Origin: Lama glama
Lineage: Eukaryota
Assembly (NCBI GenBank): GCA_028534125.1
Contig: CM052816.1
Location: 7,876,001 to 7,936,000, forward strand
DNA: 60,000 nucleotides
Reading direction: 5' to 3'
A program made the position numbers and the translations under genes. Positions 1 to 12,055 of the stretch are shown here, piece after piece. Numbering within the stretch: the first letter of the stretch is position 1; each line of letters starts with the position of its first letter. The notes below the pieces were generated by a model. That model had not been told where the DNA came from and made no database searches. It was given only the letters and a program-made list of their open reading frames with translations.

Positions 1-84
1 CTGTTGGGCCATAAAATGACTGTGAGTCTAACTGGCTTTGCTGACTCGTGACCTGCCTAATACTGTGCTTCTTTCCTTCCGTAG

Positions 85-298
85 CATTATAGCCTTCAGA
101 AAGGCCAACAAAGTGGGTATTTTCATCAAGGTGACCCCACAACGTGAAGAGGGCGAAGTGACCGTGTGCTTTAAGATGAAGCACGATTTTAAAAACCTGG
201 CAGCCCCCATCCGTCCCATCGAGGAAAGTGACCAGGGCACAGAAGTCATCTGGCTCACCCAGCATGTGGAACTCAGCCTGGGTCCGCTTCTTCCTTAA
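85..298 (+). CDS. DCTN4: Dynactin subunit 4 (p62), terminal coding exon
   Basis: Polypyrimidine tract and AG acceptor at 83-84. Reads (D)[73 protein letters not shown], which I recognise as the DCTN4 C-terminus. Synteny with RBM22 agrees. Confidence 0.96.
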
Positions 299-320
299 AA
301 TGTTCCCCTGGGGGGCAGAT

Positions 321-820
321 NNNNNNNNNNNNNNNNNNNNNNNNNNNNNNNNNNNNNNNNNNNNNNNNNNNNNNNNNNNNNNNNNNNNNNNNNNNNNNNN
401 NNNNNNNNNNNNNNNNNNNNNNNNNNNNNNNNNNNNNNNNNNNNNNNNNNNNNNNNNNNNNNNNNNNNNNNNNNNNNNNNNNNNNNNNNNNNNNNNNNNN
501 NNNNNNNNNNNNNNNNNNNNNNNNNNNNNNNNNNNNNNNNNNNNNNNNNNNNNNNNNNNNNNNNNNNNNNNNNNNNNNNNNNNNNNNNNNNNNNNNNNNN
601 NNNNNNNNNNNNNNNNNNNNNNNNNNNNNNNNNNNNNNNNNNNNNNNNNNNNNNNNNNNNNNNNNNNNNNNNNNNNNNNNNNNNNNNNNNNNNNNNNNNN
701 NNNNNNNNNNNNNNNNNNNNNNNNNNNNNNNNNNNNNNNNNNNNNNNNNNNNNNNNNNNNNNNNNNNNNNNNNNNNNNNNNNNNNNNNNNNNNNNNNNNN
801 NNNNNNNNNNNNNNNNNNNN
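321..820. other. Assembly gap (500 N) inside the DCTN4 3' UTR
   Basis: Run of N. Confidence 0.99.
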
Positions 821-1048
821 AGAAACTACAATTTGAGGAACTTAAGGCTAAGTGAATTTGAATTTGTGATTTGATTAGCCCACCACAGTTTTCTTTTGTT
901 CAAAGTGCTTATAGGCGTAATGAGCTAAATGTCATGCATATTTGTGAAGAAGCATCCTTTTTGGTCCCTTTTGGGAATGAGAGACACTCCTTGATCTTTA
1001 TGAATGACAGGTTACTGTTTTGCCTTACTGCTTAACTTAATGTAGTGA

Positions 1049-1054
1049 AATAAA
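1049..1054 (+). terminator. DCTN4: Probable DCTN4 poly(A) signal
   Basis: AATAAA followed about 20 nt later by a GT/T-rich element (gtctgttttctgtttggtttc). Confidence 0.7.
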
Positions 1055-1359
1055 GCAGACAAAGCTTGAGTCTGTTTTCTGTTTGGTTTCATGGAGACTG
1101 ATTGGAATAGCATGACGGGTGGACTCAGCAGTTAGCTTGAGAGTCAGTGGGGCATGCTCCCTCCTTCCATTTCTCCAAATGAACTAAGCTGAAACCTCAT
1201 CAAGTGACTTCACCGTAACATTATGTAGATAGATGTTGCTTGCGCTCCTCATGGACATATTCTCAGAACAATTATGTAAATGTTATGTTGTTAGGCCTCT
1301 ATCAGCTTTGATCCTGGGTCATTGCCTTTTAAATGTACAAAATGGCCCAACCCTCATAA

Positions 1360-3148
1360 GTAGCCACTCATCCACTTCCGTCTGCGCTCAACTTTCCCCT
1401 CCTTTTATGTAGATGAATTGTTCATGTTCTTCTGTCTAAAGCCAGCCCCACCACTTACTGCACTCAATTTCATACTCTTAGCTATTCAAGGACATCGCTT
1501 CAGCCATTTCTCCCCCTCCCTCTCCTCCATCATTTCCATCAGCGTTTCTCTTACCTTAAAAAAAACAAGTTGACCTTACACCCCTCTTCATCCACCACCC
1601 CATTCTTCTATTCCCTTTACAGCAAAACTCTTAACTCTGCCTTCCAGTTCCTCCTCCCATTCTCACCTAAACCCATTCCACTGAGGCTGCCACCCCCACC
1701 ATGTCACCAAGCTGTTCTTGTCAAGGTCCCCAACGATCTACACCATTAAATATAATGGTCAGTTCTCAGTCCTTATCTATTTAGTCTTTGAGTAGCATCT
1801 GACAGCTGAAGTCTCCCTGCATGAAAGAGTGACTTGGTTTCTAAAACACAACTCTCCTGGTTTTCCTTCTGCCTTACTAGCAGCTTTTCTTTTGTATCCT
1901 TTGCTAGTTCTTTCCCATCTTCCCAGCCTTGGGGTGTACCAGGTCTCATTTCTTACAGTGCTTTTCTCTCTACACTCACTCTTAGTGATCTCACCCAGTT
2001 TTTAGGCCATTTCCCAAATTTACATACCAACTCCTGTCTCTGAAAGTCTAAGAAGACCACAGCCTGGATTTTCTGTTACCACCTCTGCCTCTCTAGCATT
2101 CGTCCCTAACTAGATGGCAGTTGTATCCCGTCAACTGCTCACAACAAAAACCTTGGCATCACCCTTGACTCTAACATGCCACAGCCAATGTCAGCAAACA
2201 CTTTTAACTCTGTTTTCAAACTGTGACCACTTCACAGCCTCTCCAGCATTACTGTCCTGGGCCAAATCATCGTCATCTACATGGAGCGCTAGATAATGAT
2301 TTACAGTAGCATCTAAACTGGTCTTGAAGCCACTCTGGTCCTTGCCCCACTGTTGTCACTTTTCAACGTTGTAACCAGAGTGATTAAGTCATTTCTCTGC
2401 TTAAAATCCTTAGGCTTCTTAAGACACTGTGTCTTCCACTTCTCTTGGGTTTCTGGCTCTGAGAGAAGCCAGCTGTCATGTCATGAAGACATTCAGCCAG
2501 CTCTATGAAGAGGTCCAGAACCACTCAGCTAAACTGCTCCCAAATTCCTGACTCAGAAACTACATGAGATAATAAATACTTGTTGTTATCTTGAAAAAAC
2601 AAAATTCTCAGGCTTCTTAGTTTGCTCAAGAGCAAAACACAGAGTCCCTACAATAGCTGAGGAGGTCCTACATGACCTGAAACTCACTGCCCACCCCTGC
2701 CTCCCCAGATTCATCTACTGCTTCCCAGTGCTCACTCCATCTCAGCCACACAGACCTCTGACAGCTGAAGTCACCCCAGGAGGTGGCCTCTCGGGGTCTT
2801 TGCACTGGCTGTTTCCTCTGCCTGGAAAGCCCTTCTCCCAGATACCTATATAATTGAGACCCCTGCCAGTCAGGTCTTTACTCACATGTTTCCTACTTAG
2901 GTTTTCCCTGACCTCCTTATTTAATAACATAAACTGCCTTCCCCGAAACACATATCCCCCTTCTTTGTGTCTTTTTTTCCCCGTAGCATTAATCATCCAG
3001 CATTACATACTTTGCTTTTGGATTCACCTTACTAGAACTTAAGCTTCATAGAATAGGGATTTTTATCTTTTTTTAATTGATGTATCTGCAGAGCCTAGAG
3101 CAATGCCTGGAAAATAGCAGGCAACCAATATTTGTTAAATAAATAAAG
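1360..3148 (+). mobile_element. Fragmented L2 LINE, interrupted by an MLT1 piece
   Basis: L2-type pyrimidine-rich motifs (ttgtcaaggtccccaacgatct..., ctggctgtttcctctgcctggaaagcccttctcccagat) and an L2 3' tail (gcctggaaaatagcaggcaaccaatatttgttaaataaataaa). Boundaries approximate. Confidence 0.75.
2420..2595 (+). mobile_element. MLT1 (MaLR) LTR fragment
   Basis: gaagccagctgtcatgtcatgaag ... aaattcctgactcagaaact...gagataataaatacttgttgtt are typical MLT1 motifs. Confidence 0.6.
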
Positions 3149-3546
3149 TAATATCATCATCCTTTCCCTTATTTATATAACTATTGATCCCTTACCTTTA
3201 AAAAAAATATATCCACATGCCTCTTTTTGTCATACACCAAACGTCTTACCTGCCTTGAGCTTTCTTGTTCTGGTCTTACCTCCACCTGGGATACTCTTCC
3301 TTCTCTGTCCCACCTCTCCCTTAGTCCTATCGAGATGTAATCTTAATCTGTAGTGCTTACCTCTCCAGGGCATTTACCTCTTCCTAGTATTGGGTTTTGT
3401 ATGTTTGGGTTTAGCTCCTTTACTGGATTGCAGACTCCCGCAGAGCCAAATCCAGGACCCTTTGTCATCTTTTTCTCCTATATTCCATTCAAAGGGTAGC
3501 CTGGAGTAAACTCAAACTCAGCTAAGTTACCTGTTCAGCTGCAATG

Positions 3547-3776
3547 TAGTTGATCCTTGAACAATGTGGGGGTTAGGGGCCCCAGTGCTGGGACAGTCAA
3601 AAATCTGTATAACTCTGCCATTGGCCCTCTGTATCTGAAGTTCCATATCTGAAGTTCCGTATCTGTGGATTCAACCACTATAGATTGTGTAGTACTTGTA
3701 TGTATTTAGTCGGGGGAAAATGTGTGTGTTAAGTGGATCCATGCGGTTCAAACCTGTGTTGTTCACGGGTCAACTG
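3547..3776 (+). mobile_element. MER8/Tigger2-type DNA transposon relic
   Basis: Terminal inverted repeats agttgatccttgaacaa ... ttgttcacgggtcaactg, followed by TA. Confidence 0.75.
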
Positions 3777-4199
3777 TAATTAACTTCATCTCCATTTCCT
3801 GGTGGTCAGGGACATCTATAGTGAAATATAGTTCACAATACAAGCCACCTGTAAGACGATGACTAAGTATTAAGTGAAAGTAACATTAAATAATATGGAA
3901 CCAAAGAGTGAGACAGTTGTTTCATTTGCACGCCCTGTGCCCTGGCCACCTCTTCTCCTCCATCCTTCTGGTTAAATCAGGGATGAAGTATCAGTTCTCT
4001 TATGTATGCTTTTTTACAAGAAAAAAAAAAAGGCTTCTGGCTCAGAGCCCTTGACAGACAACAGTTCTATTTACTAAAAAAATTGTTTCATTTTCATCGT
4101 ACTTGTTCTTAAGGCTACATCTACATGTGTGACACTAGTTTTCCATTTACAGAAGTGATCAAAAATGTTCCTCTTAAAAACATATTTAAGTAAAATGGG

Positions 4200-6490
4200 G
4201 AGACTCAGGAGTTCCACTTGTGCCTGTGATGTAGATATCTGAAAAGAAAGTCACCCCAACTCAAACAAAAAAATTGGATAGGTTACAAAATCTGACATTT
4301 TATTGGATCTATAAGAGAGGTGATGTGGCAGGGCAGTCAAATAGCCTGAATGTCAAGGAAGGACAAATCCCTCCAAGGAGAGAGTGGATGCAGACTGGCT
4401 CACCTGCAGCAGAGCATGGGAGGAAGAAGTGCTGACCACCATGCAAGCAGGTAAGAGGACATCAACTAAAATGTTAAAGAATTGCTAAAGGCCAAACTGG
4501 GGCTAGCAGGACAGTATAAAACCCCCGGGCACCTGTGACACCAAGGGACCTCGCCTGCACTCACAATCTCTTTCCAAAACCACCAGGTGTGGGAGTGCTG
4601 GAGCCTTACAGAGCCTCCCTAGGTTTGGAGGCGTGCAAAGGAAAGGAGGCATAGGAAAGGCACGAAATCTTGGCTGCCCCTGCGTAGGCCCTTCCCTCAT
4701 TAGGACCAAAATGGCCTAAACCGCTGGGGGAGAAGCAGAAAAATCTGTCTCCCCAGCGCACAGATAAAGCCCCACTGCTGCCGGGGCATGGTAAGAAAAA
4801 AACCTCAACACTTGGTAGGGACAGGATTCAGTCCTGAGCCCCAGGATTTTATATTAATACCATTAAAGTCCTCCTGCCACTGCAAGAGGGGCAGGAAAAT
4901 CCCCCACAAGACCAGCCACTGACACAAGTCATGGTTTCGCTGCCACAGACAGGAGGGGCAAGAATGCTGAGAAAAGACCCATTCCCAGGGCCTGGGCATA
5001 AAGGACATAACTAAAGACAGAGGCTGAATTAGAACAAAGAAACACTGACTCCTCGCCCACTACCAATGGAACAAGTAGCTGGTAACAAACATCAGCTGCT
5101 AGGGGTGTGGGCAAGGGGGTAGGGACCACCACTATGGTGCCGTTGTGCAGGACAGCTGAAAGCTAAGGACAAAGTACGAACACTTGAGAACACTTCTTCA
5201 GCCCCAACCTAAAGCACGAAATAACACTAGCAGATATGAAATCTCTTGGTACACTGAAGGCCATGATAGCAACAACAAAACCCAAACCTAGCTAAGTTCT
5301 TGACTAGATTGACCAAACTCCACACAAATGGCCTTAGAGAAGAAGAGGCTTGCCTGTTTCCAAGCATTAATATTATTTACTTCAGTCTCTACTGTTTTAT
5401 AAGTAGTGACTGGCATTCAATAAAAAGTTCGAGATACACAAAGTAAGAAAAATCAACCCATTTGTGATAGACAAAATAATCAACAAGACCATATACAGAC
5501 ATGACCCAGATGTTGAAACTATTGGACAGGGACTTAAACTGATTAACACGTTGAAGATCTAGTTGAAAATATGTATAATATGCACGAATAGACTTCGGCA
5601 GAGAGGTAGAAATTATAAGAAAGAGACAAATTGAAATAAAAACCACAGGATCAAAGATAACTCTTACGGGCTCATCAGAAGACCTTGTCATGCCTGAGGA
5701 AATAATCAAGAATCTTGGAAACAGGTCAGTAGAAATTACCCAAACTGAAACCCCCCCAAAAGAAAATAATAAGAGTATTCAAGATCTATGGGATGATATC
5801 AGATGGTCCAATGTGTAATTGGAGTCCCAGGTGGAGAAGAAACTGGGCAGAAAAATATTTAAAGAGATGATGCCTAAGAATTTTCATAACACAAGGAAGG
5901 ACAACAAACCACAGATGCCCGAAGCTCGCTCAGATTAATCCAAGCACTTCTCATACAGGGAAAAATATACTTACTATTTTATCAAGTAATCCCACTCCTA
6001 GGTATTTACACACGGAAAATGAAAACCTATGTCTATACAACAACCTGTACGTGAATGTTTTTAATAGCTATATTTATATTAATTGAAATCTGGAACAATT
6101 TAAATAACCATTAACTGACAAATTTTTTAACCCCCTGGTACCGCCATACAATCGACTTTTCAACAATAAAAAGGAACAAATCACTAATACATGTAACAAT
6201 ATGGATGGATTTCAAATATATGCCAATAGAAAGACATCAGATCCAAAAGGCTATATAAGATTCCATTTATGATATTCTGGAAATGGCAAAACTATGGGGA
6301 CAAAACAGATCAGTGGTTTCCGTGGACCAACTGTTGAGAATCGTGGATTCACTGAGCACAAGGGAAATTTTCGGGATGATGGAACTATTGTATACTTGTG
6401 GTAAATATATGTAAAAATTTGTAACTGTTCAACTAAAAAGGGTAAAATTTTACTGTACGCAAATTATACTTTAAACCTGACTTTTAAGAA
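4200..6490 (+). mobile_element. Old L1M fragments (5' region, degenerate ORF1, 3' UTR)
   Basis: ORF1-like remnants at about 5450-5950 (acatgacccagatgttgaaacta..., gtaattggagtcccagg). L1 3' UTR motifs at about 5980-6480 (aatcccactcctaggtattta, attccatttatgatattctgg...ggcaaaactat). Confidence 0.7.
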
Positions 6491-6788
6491 ATGAGGGGAC
6501 AAACGTCAAAAATTATGGATATGGGAAAAATTATGAAAGTGGTACCAAAACACTTGAAATTCATAAAATATTGGCAGAGTGGCTGTGAGTTGTTCCAAAA
6601 ATGATGTAACAATAAATGTATTGATCCATAAGACCCTTTTCATTTCAGAAGTTGGAAAAACAGTACTACTCTTTTTGGATTTGTGGCTTCACCATTTTTT
6701 CAGCTACATGACCAGAAGCAAGTTGCTTGATTCCTCTAAACCTCAATTTCCTTCTATAAAGGAGGTACAATCATGCTTGCCTAGAGGG

Positions 6789-6966
6789 TAGTGGTTGCCA
6801 GATAAAATACAGGACATCCTGCTAGATTTGACTTTCAGATAAACGAGTCACTGTTTAGTATACGTATGTTTGGAACATATTTATACTAAACTAGGGTTCA
6901 CTGTTTATCTGAAATTTAAATGTAACTAGATATTCTGGGTTTTGCTTGCTAAGTCTGGCAACCCTA
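6789..6966. mobile_element. MER53-like palindromic MITE inserted in a MIR
   Basis: Ends ggttgccaga...tctggcaacccta. Internal inverted arms (tttcagataaac / gtttatctgaaa; tttagtata / tatactaaa). Flanking direct repeat TAGAGGG at 6782-6788 and 6967-6973. Confidence 0.8.
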
Positions 6967-7194
6967 TAGAGGGGCTATTTTGGGAGTTAAGACTCTGTCA
7001 CAGCAAGACGTTCCCCCACCGTTTGGTATAAGCGCTCAGTGGGGGCTAACGCTATTTTAATCCCAGCCCATTCTTCATTACTTGTTCCTTTATTCTTTCA
7101 CTCTATTTTTAAATAAATCAATTGTACTTGTGACTCTTCACCCCTTGCAGGCACCAACTCAGAAGAAACTCCAGGACATCAATTGTTAAGCGAA

Positions 7195-7800
7195 GAAATT
7201 CCGAGCGGATGACGTCATGTCGCGCTAGGCCCCGCCCCCAAGGGCGCATACGACGCGTGAATAAGACGTCGACGTGCCGGGAGGCGGCCTCAGGGCCTGA
7301 CGGGATTGTGGCGGTCCTCTTTTTCAACTCGGAAGCTGCGGCTGCCTCCAGACGCTCTCAACATGGCGACCTCTCTGGGTTCCAACACGTACAACAGGCA
7401 GAACTGGGAGGATGCGGTGAGTGTGCCGGCCGGAGGAGGACCGAAAGAGGCGGCGAAGCCAGGCCTCCAGCGGGCTGGCCGCGACGTGGCTGCGGCGCTG
7501 CCGAGGGAATTCCGGGGAGAAGCCAGCACCGCGGCCTAGCTCGGCCACGGCTGAAGGCTGGAGGGCAGCCCTCCTGGGGGCTTGGAGGGAGAGGGTTGAG
7601 CCAGGATCCGGGACCAGCCCCCTTTCCATCCCTGCCCCCTCCACTCTTTTGGAGCGGGTCTTTTGTCGTTTGCCGGAAGTGCAGACAGCGCCACCTCCCG
7701 CGACCGGGCCCGTGCTGGACCTCGGGTTCGTGCTGGACCCCGTGGCCTTGCCCGGTTCCCCAACCTCGCTCCTCGCCCCTTCCCCCAGCCCTACGACTGT
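7195..7800 (+). promoter_or_regulatory. RBM22: RBM22 CpG-island promoter
   Basis: Dense CpG. Perfect CRE ATGACGTCAT at 7209-7218, further GACGTC half-sites near 7265-7275, GC box ccccgcccc, ETS CGGAAG at 7330-7335, and YY1-like CAACATGGCG over the start codon. Confidence 0.85.
7363..7416 (+). CDS. RBM22: Pre-mRNA splicing factor RBM22, coding exon 1
   Basis: ATG 7363, MATSLGSNTYNRQNWEDA, donor GTGAGT. Confidence 0.97.
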
Positions 7801-7859
7801 GGCTGAAATGGCAGGGTCTTCGGAGCCTGGCCTTCAACCAGATTTCCCATTTTCATCAG

Positions 7860-7913
7860 GACTTCCCTATTCTGTGCCAGACGTGTCTTGGAGAAAACCC
7901 ATATATCCGAATG
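7860..7913 (+). CDS. RBM22: RBM22 exon 2
   Basis: cag| DFPILCQTCLGENPYIRM |gtgagt. Confidence 0.97.
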
Positions 7914-8839
7914 GTGAGTGATCGCGTATGAAACCGGACTTACTGTCTGTGTTCTGTCAGTGTTGTGGTACTTGCACACTGTCGGTGATGGGTTTCTCTT
8001 AGCCAAGAAGTAATGATGCTCCTTTACTAACCCAGAGCGTGGGACGAATTTGCAAAGGACTGTCATGCTTGTTTGGAACTCAGCGACAGCCCAGTGATGT
8101 AGGAGTCATAATAGCTAATATTCGTTGAGCATTTACCTGGGAGATAGGTCTGTTAATCAAGGCAAAGAGAGTTTATGTCTTTTCAATATAGCCAGTAAGG
8201 AGTGGAACTGGGATTTTAATTCAGATATTCTAACTCCAGGGATTTCAGCAAATCAGGAGAACCAGGACTAAAATCTAGGTTTCCCAACTCCTGATCAAAT
8301 GCCTTTTGGCCACAGCACCTTGTAATCTGTTTAGTGTGAGGTGTCGCCTATCCTTATAAATAAGAGTAAAATTAGCAGCAGTTAACATTTAATAATTAGA
8401 TTAGGGCTGTGTTGTGATCAATCTCAAAGGTATTGATTAACCATATACAGGGGATCAGCACAGGATGAGTCTATAGTGGTTACCTCTGACTAAACTGAAA
8501 TGGGCTGTCCTTGGCTGCATCCTTCCTAATTTAGGGACTATGGAAACCATTAAGAAAGTTTTCTTGGGCAGGAACTTGGGAGCCAGATGTGAATCTAAGG
8601 GTTGTTGTGTAAAGATACATAGTTATCTTGTGTTAGATCCATAAGATTTTTAAGAGGTTGTGACTTGTAGGTCATTAGATTATATCCCCCCACCCCCAAA
8701 AAGGTGGGTTCCCCCACTTCTCCACATCCCTTGAAGATGCCAGGGATTTCCAGATACATTTCTTGGGTCCTGTCTAGGGAAGGAGCAGACATCTTTTTTC
8801 TTTCTTTCTGTAACTTTTCTGTTTTTTTTTCCATTTTAG

Positions 8840-8869
8840 ACCAAAGAAAAGTATGGGAAGGAATGCAAA
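8840..8869 (+). CDS. RBM22: RBM22 exon 3 (30-nt small exon)
   Basis: Long pyrimidine tract, tag| TKEKYGKECK |gtaagt. Confidence 0.95.
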
Positions 8870-9478
8870 GTAAGTATGTTAAAGAGTAATGATTTAATTT
8901 TACATTCCTTTTCTCTTCAACTTGCTGAGCTTTGAAGTCCTTTATAAAAATGAGTGCTACACACACTTTCATGTATCATTTATATACTCGTTGGCCGTTA
9001 ACTATCTAATGTGGGGGTAAGAAAATGAGCCCTTTAATGTAAAAATTCTTAAGTTGGTGTCTGTGGTTGGATTTGAGCCCCCTGAGATTGTATATCCCAA
9101 GTGTTTGTGCACATGAGCATTTTAGCTGAGGAGGAAGGATACAGCTGTCATAAGATTCTCAAAGGAGTATATGACACTCCCCACTCTCCCCATAAAAGAT
9201 TAAGGGATATATTATTAATGGTGGTGACCCCTAAGGTGGGGAGGACTTTGATTTTTGAATATTTTATTTCTATACTATGTGAATTTTTTAACTACTGAGG
9301 AAGGGTGTTGTAAAGGATTGAAACATCATATCATGTTTAGACTTGATGATTGCTAAGATCTCTTCTAAACCCTAGATTCGGGAATCCTTGCTTTGAATTC
9401 CCCAATGCTATTGAATCTCCTGAACTGATTGTTCAGATCAGGACCGTTAACACTCTGTGACTTTATTTTGTGTTCCAG

Positions 9479-9611
9479 ATCTGTGCCAGACCATTCACAG
9501 TGTTTCGCTGGTGCCCTGGGGTCCGCATGCGTTTCAAAAAGACTGAAGTGTGCCAAACCTGCAGTAAATTGAAGAATGTCTGTCAGACCTGCCTCTTAGA
9601 CCTAGAGTATG
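9479..9611 (+). CDS. RBM22: RBM22 exon 4
   Basis: cag| [44 protein letters not shown](G) |gtatgt; Cys-rich zinc-binding region. Confidence 0.97.
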
Positions 9612-10645
9612 GTATGTTTGCCCTGTCCAGTATGTCTGAAAGTGTGTAGCTGCTCTAGACACAACAAACTGATTTTTTTGTCTCCTGTTTCTCTGGTTCT
9701 GACCCCACTTTGAAATGTCCCCTGTGCCTTGCTTTTCCCAGGAAGACAAGGCCCATACCACGTTATTTTAGAGTTCTGAACAACAGTAGGAACTTAAGGA
9801 GAAGTTGGGAATTAATCAGAACTGAGCTAAACATCTCTCATGTATATCCTTGTAGCCAAGGTGAGGTGAAGGTGTTATTGCTGTGATAGGTAATTTCTTT
9901 GCCTTGGGCTTCTTTCTAGAGCCAAAGTTTTTTTCCACAATCTCTACCAGAAGCTCAAGCTAATTATTCTTTAGATTTTTGTATAACTGTGTTGTTAGAA
10001 TTGTAACACTGTATTGGTACTGTTTAACTGCTTTTGGGAGTGATTTTCTTTTTAACTGCAGGTGACTTTTTGTTTATGAAAAAATATTCTCTCAGCAAGA
10101 ATTTCTACTATACAATAAAATTAAAGGGAAAAGGAAAGCATGAGTTTCTGTAAGTTCAGAAAGTTAACTCTGCTAATCAGAGTCCTGGTCACATATTGTT
10201 TAATATTTTTTACATGTTTGTTAAGGAGGTGTTCTGCTTCTGGAATACAGTGAGCCTTATGTGACTGTGACTAATCTAGAGGGTCTGTAGGACAAGCTTA
10301 AAAATAATCCACTTTTTACATTTATTTTAAATAAATCATGTTATAGTAAAAGCTAGATGAATTATTAATTACAGGTCAAAACTGACTATAATAAAAGTTC
10401 GTTCATCTAAAAGATTTTCTAAAACATTCATTTCATCCAATGTTAAGAAAACTCAGGAATTTATACAATTTCTTAGAATGTTCTATATTAGTATTGGCCT
10501 GATGGTGCTAAAGATTTTGAATTAAAATAAAGCCTCTGGTACCAAATAGGCAAGTGGAGAAAGGAAGAATGATATATTCCATGTTCATAGTCAGTTTGGA
10601 TATGATTTAAAATACATCCTGAGTTCTTTTCCTCCTTTGTTCTAG

Positions 10646-10746
10646 GCCTTCCCATCCAGGTTCGTGATGCAGGATTGTCTTTTAAGGATGACATGCCAAA
10701 GTCAGATGTCAACAAAGAGTACTACACACAGAATATGGAGAGAGAG
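10646..10746 (+). CDS. RBM22: RBM22 exon 5
   Basis: tag| (G)[33 protein letters not shown] |gtacac; phases consistent with neighbours. Confidence 0.96.
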
Positions 10747-10833
10747 GTACACTGCCACTTGCTTGATAAAAGAATGCTAGGGGATTAGCATAGTCAGTAT
10801 AATTTATCTTTTGAATGTGTCGTTCCTTTGTAG

Positions 10834-11006
10834 ATTTCTAACTCTGATGGAACACGGCCAGTTGGCATGTTGGGGAAAGCCACATCCACCAGTGACATGC
10901 TGCTCAAACTGGCTCGGACCACACCCTACTATAAAAGGAATCGACCCCACATTTGCTCTTTCTGGGTGAAAGGAGAATGTAAGAGAGGAGAGGAGTGTCC
11001 ATACAG
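10834..11006 (+). CDS. RBM22: RBM22 exon 6 (CCCH zinc finger start), ending at a GC donor
   Basis: tag| [57 protein letters not shown](R) |gcaaga. Confidence 0.94.
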
Positions 11007-11854
11007 GCAAGAGCTAAACTGCATTTTCAGTGTTTGCTTTCACATGATTACTCACTAAGAAGTGGGAGACGCTGGCTTAAACTATTTCTGCTTTAAAATA
11101 GAAATCTATACAACTAATGTTGTGTATCTCAAGTCTTAGGACTATTACATTTAAAAGAGCTTGATTAAATTGATGTCTTTACTTACAGTGGAACTTTTAC
11201 TTATAACCAAGCCTTGGGAAACTAAATTGCTCTGCCATATGGTATGCATGTTGACCCTAAAAGTTTTGACTTGAGATATAAGTCTTTACTATCATGGGGT
11301 AGCTGGCTTGAATCTCAATGTATAGTTGAAGTCAGATTAAGGCCAGACTTCTAAAGAACATGTGGGTATGTTTGAGTCAAGACTGTCAGGCGTCTGGATT
11401 GGGAATTCTTACCTTGGGGCTGGTTAACCCCACCCTCACCAAAAAATGATCTATGCCTTTTTCTGGGCCTGGTCCGCAGATTTAATCAGACTCTCAGTGG
11501 AATGTAGTACCTCAGATACATTAAGAACCATTGACCTAGGGAAGGGTAACTATGTTGTGGTTACCTTTTGTTTTGGAGTGGATTGTGCCAAAAACATTTC
11601 TTTATAAGGAAACTCTGCCATCCTAGATGGCCATCTAAGTGGCTTTTAGGAGGCCAGCAAGTCCTTGTGTGATACAGTAAATCCCTTGGTATTAGCTCTG
11701 TTCTGATAATTATGTTTCAGTATGACCATGGTTTCTAGTTCAAAGGGCATTTCAGGGTATTTATTTGGGACTTACGTAGTTAATGTTGGGTACTACCTGT
11801 AAATTTTTTTTTCCTTCTTTTCATCTTTATACATTGTTCTTTCTTAAACCATAG

Positions 11855-12055
11855 ACATGAGAAGCCGACAGATCCAGATGACCCCCTTGCTGATCAGAAC
11901 ATTAAAGACCGATATTATGGAATCAATGACCCTGTGGCAGATAAACTTCTAAAGCGGGCTTCAACAATGCCTCGTCTGGACCCGCCAGAGGACAAGACTA
12001 TCACCACGTTGTATGTTGGTGGTCTGGGCGATACCATTACTGAGACAGATCTAAG
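11855..12055 (+). CDS. RBM22: RBM22 exon 7
   Basis: tag| (R)[66 protein letters not shown](R) |gtttgt; contains RNP2 LYVGGL. Confidence 0.96.

Noticed and set aside
228..836. ORF calls spanning N runs (also 22497-22712)
   Set aside because: Artefacts of the assembly gaps.
7209..7931. 240-aa ORF running through RBM22 intron 1 in frame with exon 2
   Set aside because: Its ATG lies inside the promoter CRE, probably upstream of the TSS. The GC-rich CpG island explains the lack of stops, and the canonical exon 1-2 splice gives the known N-terminus.
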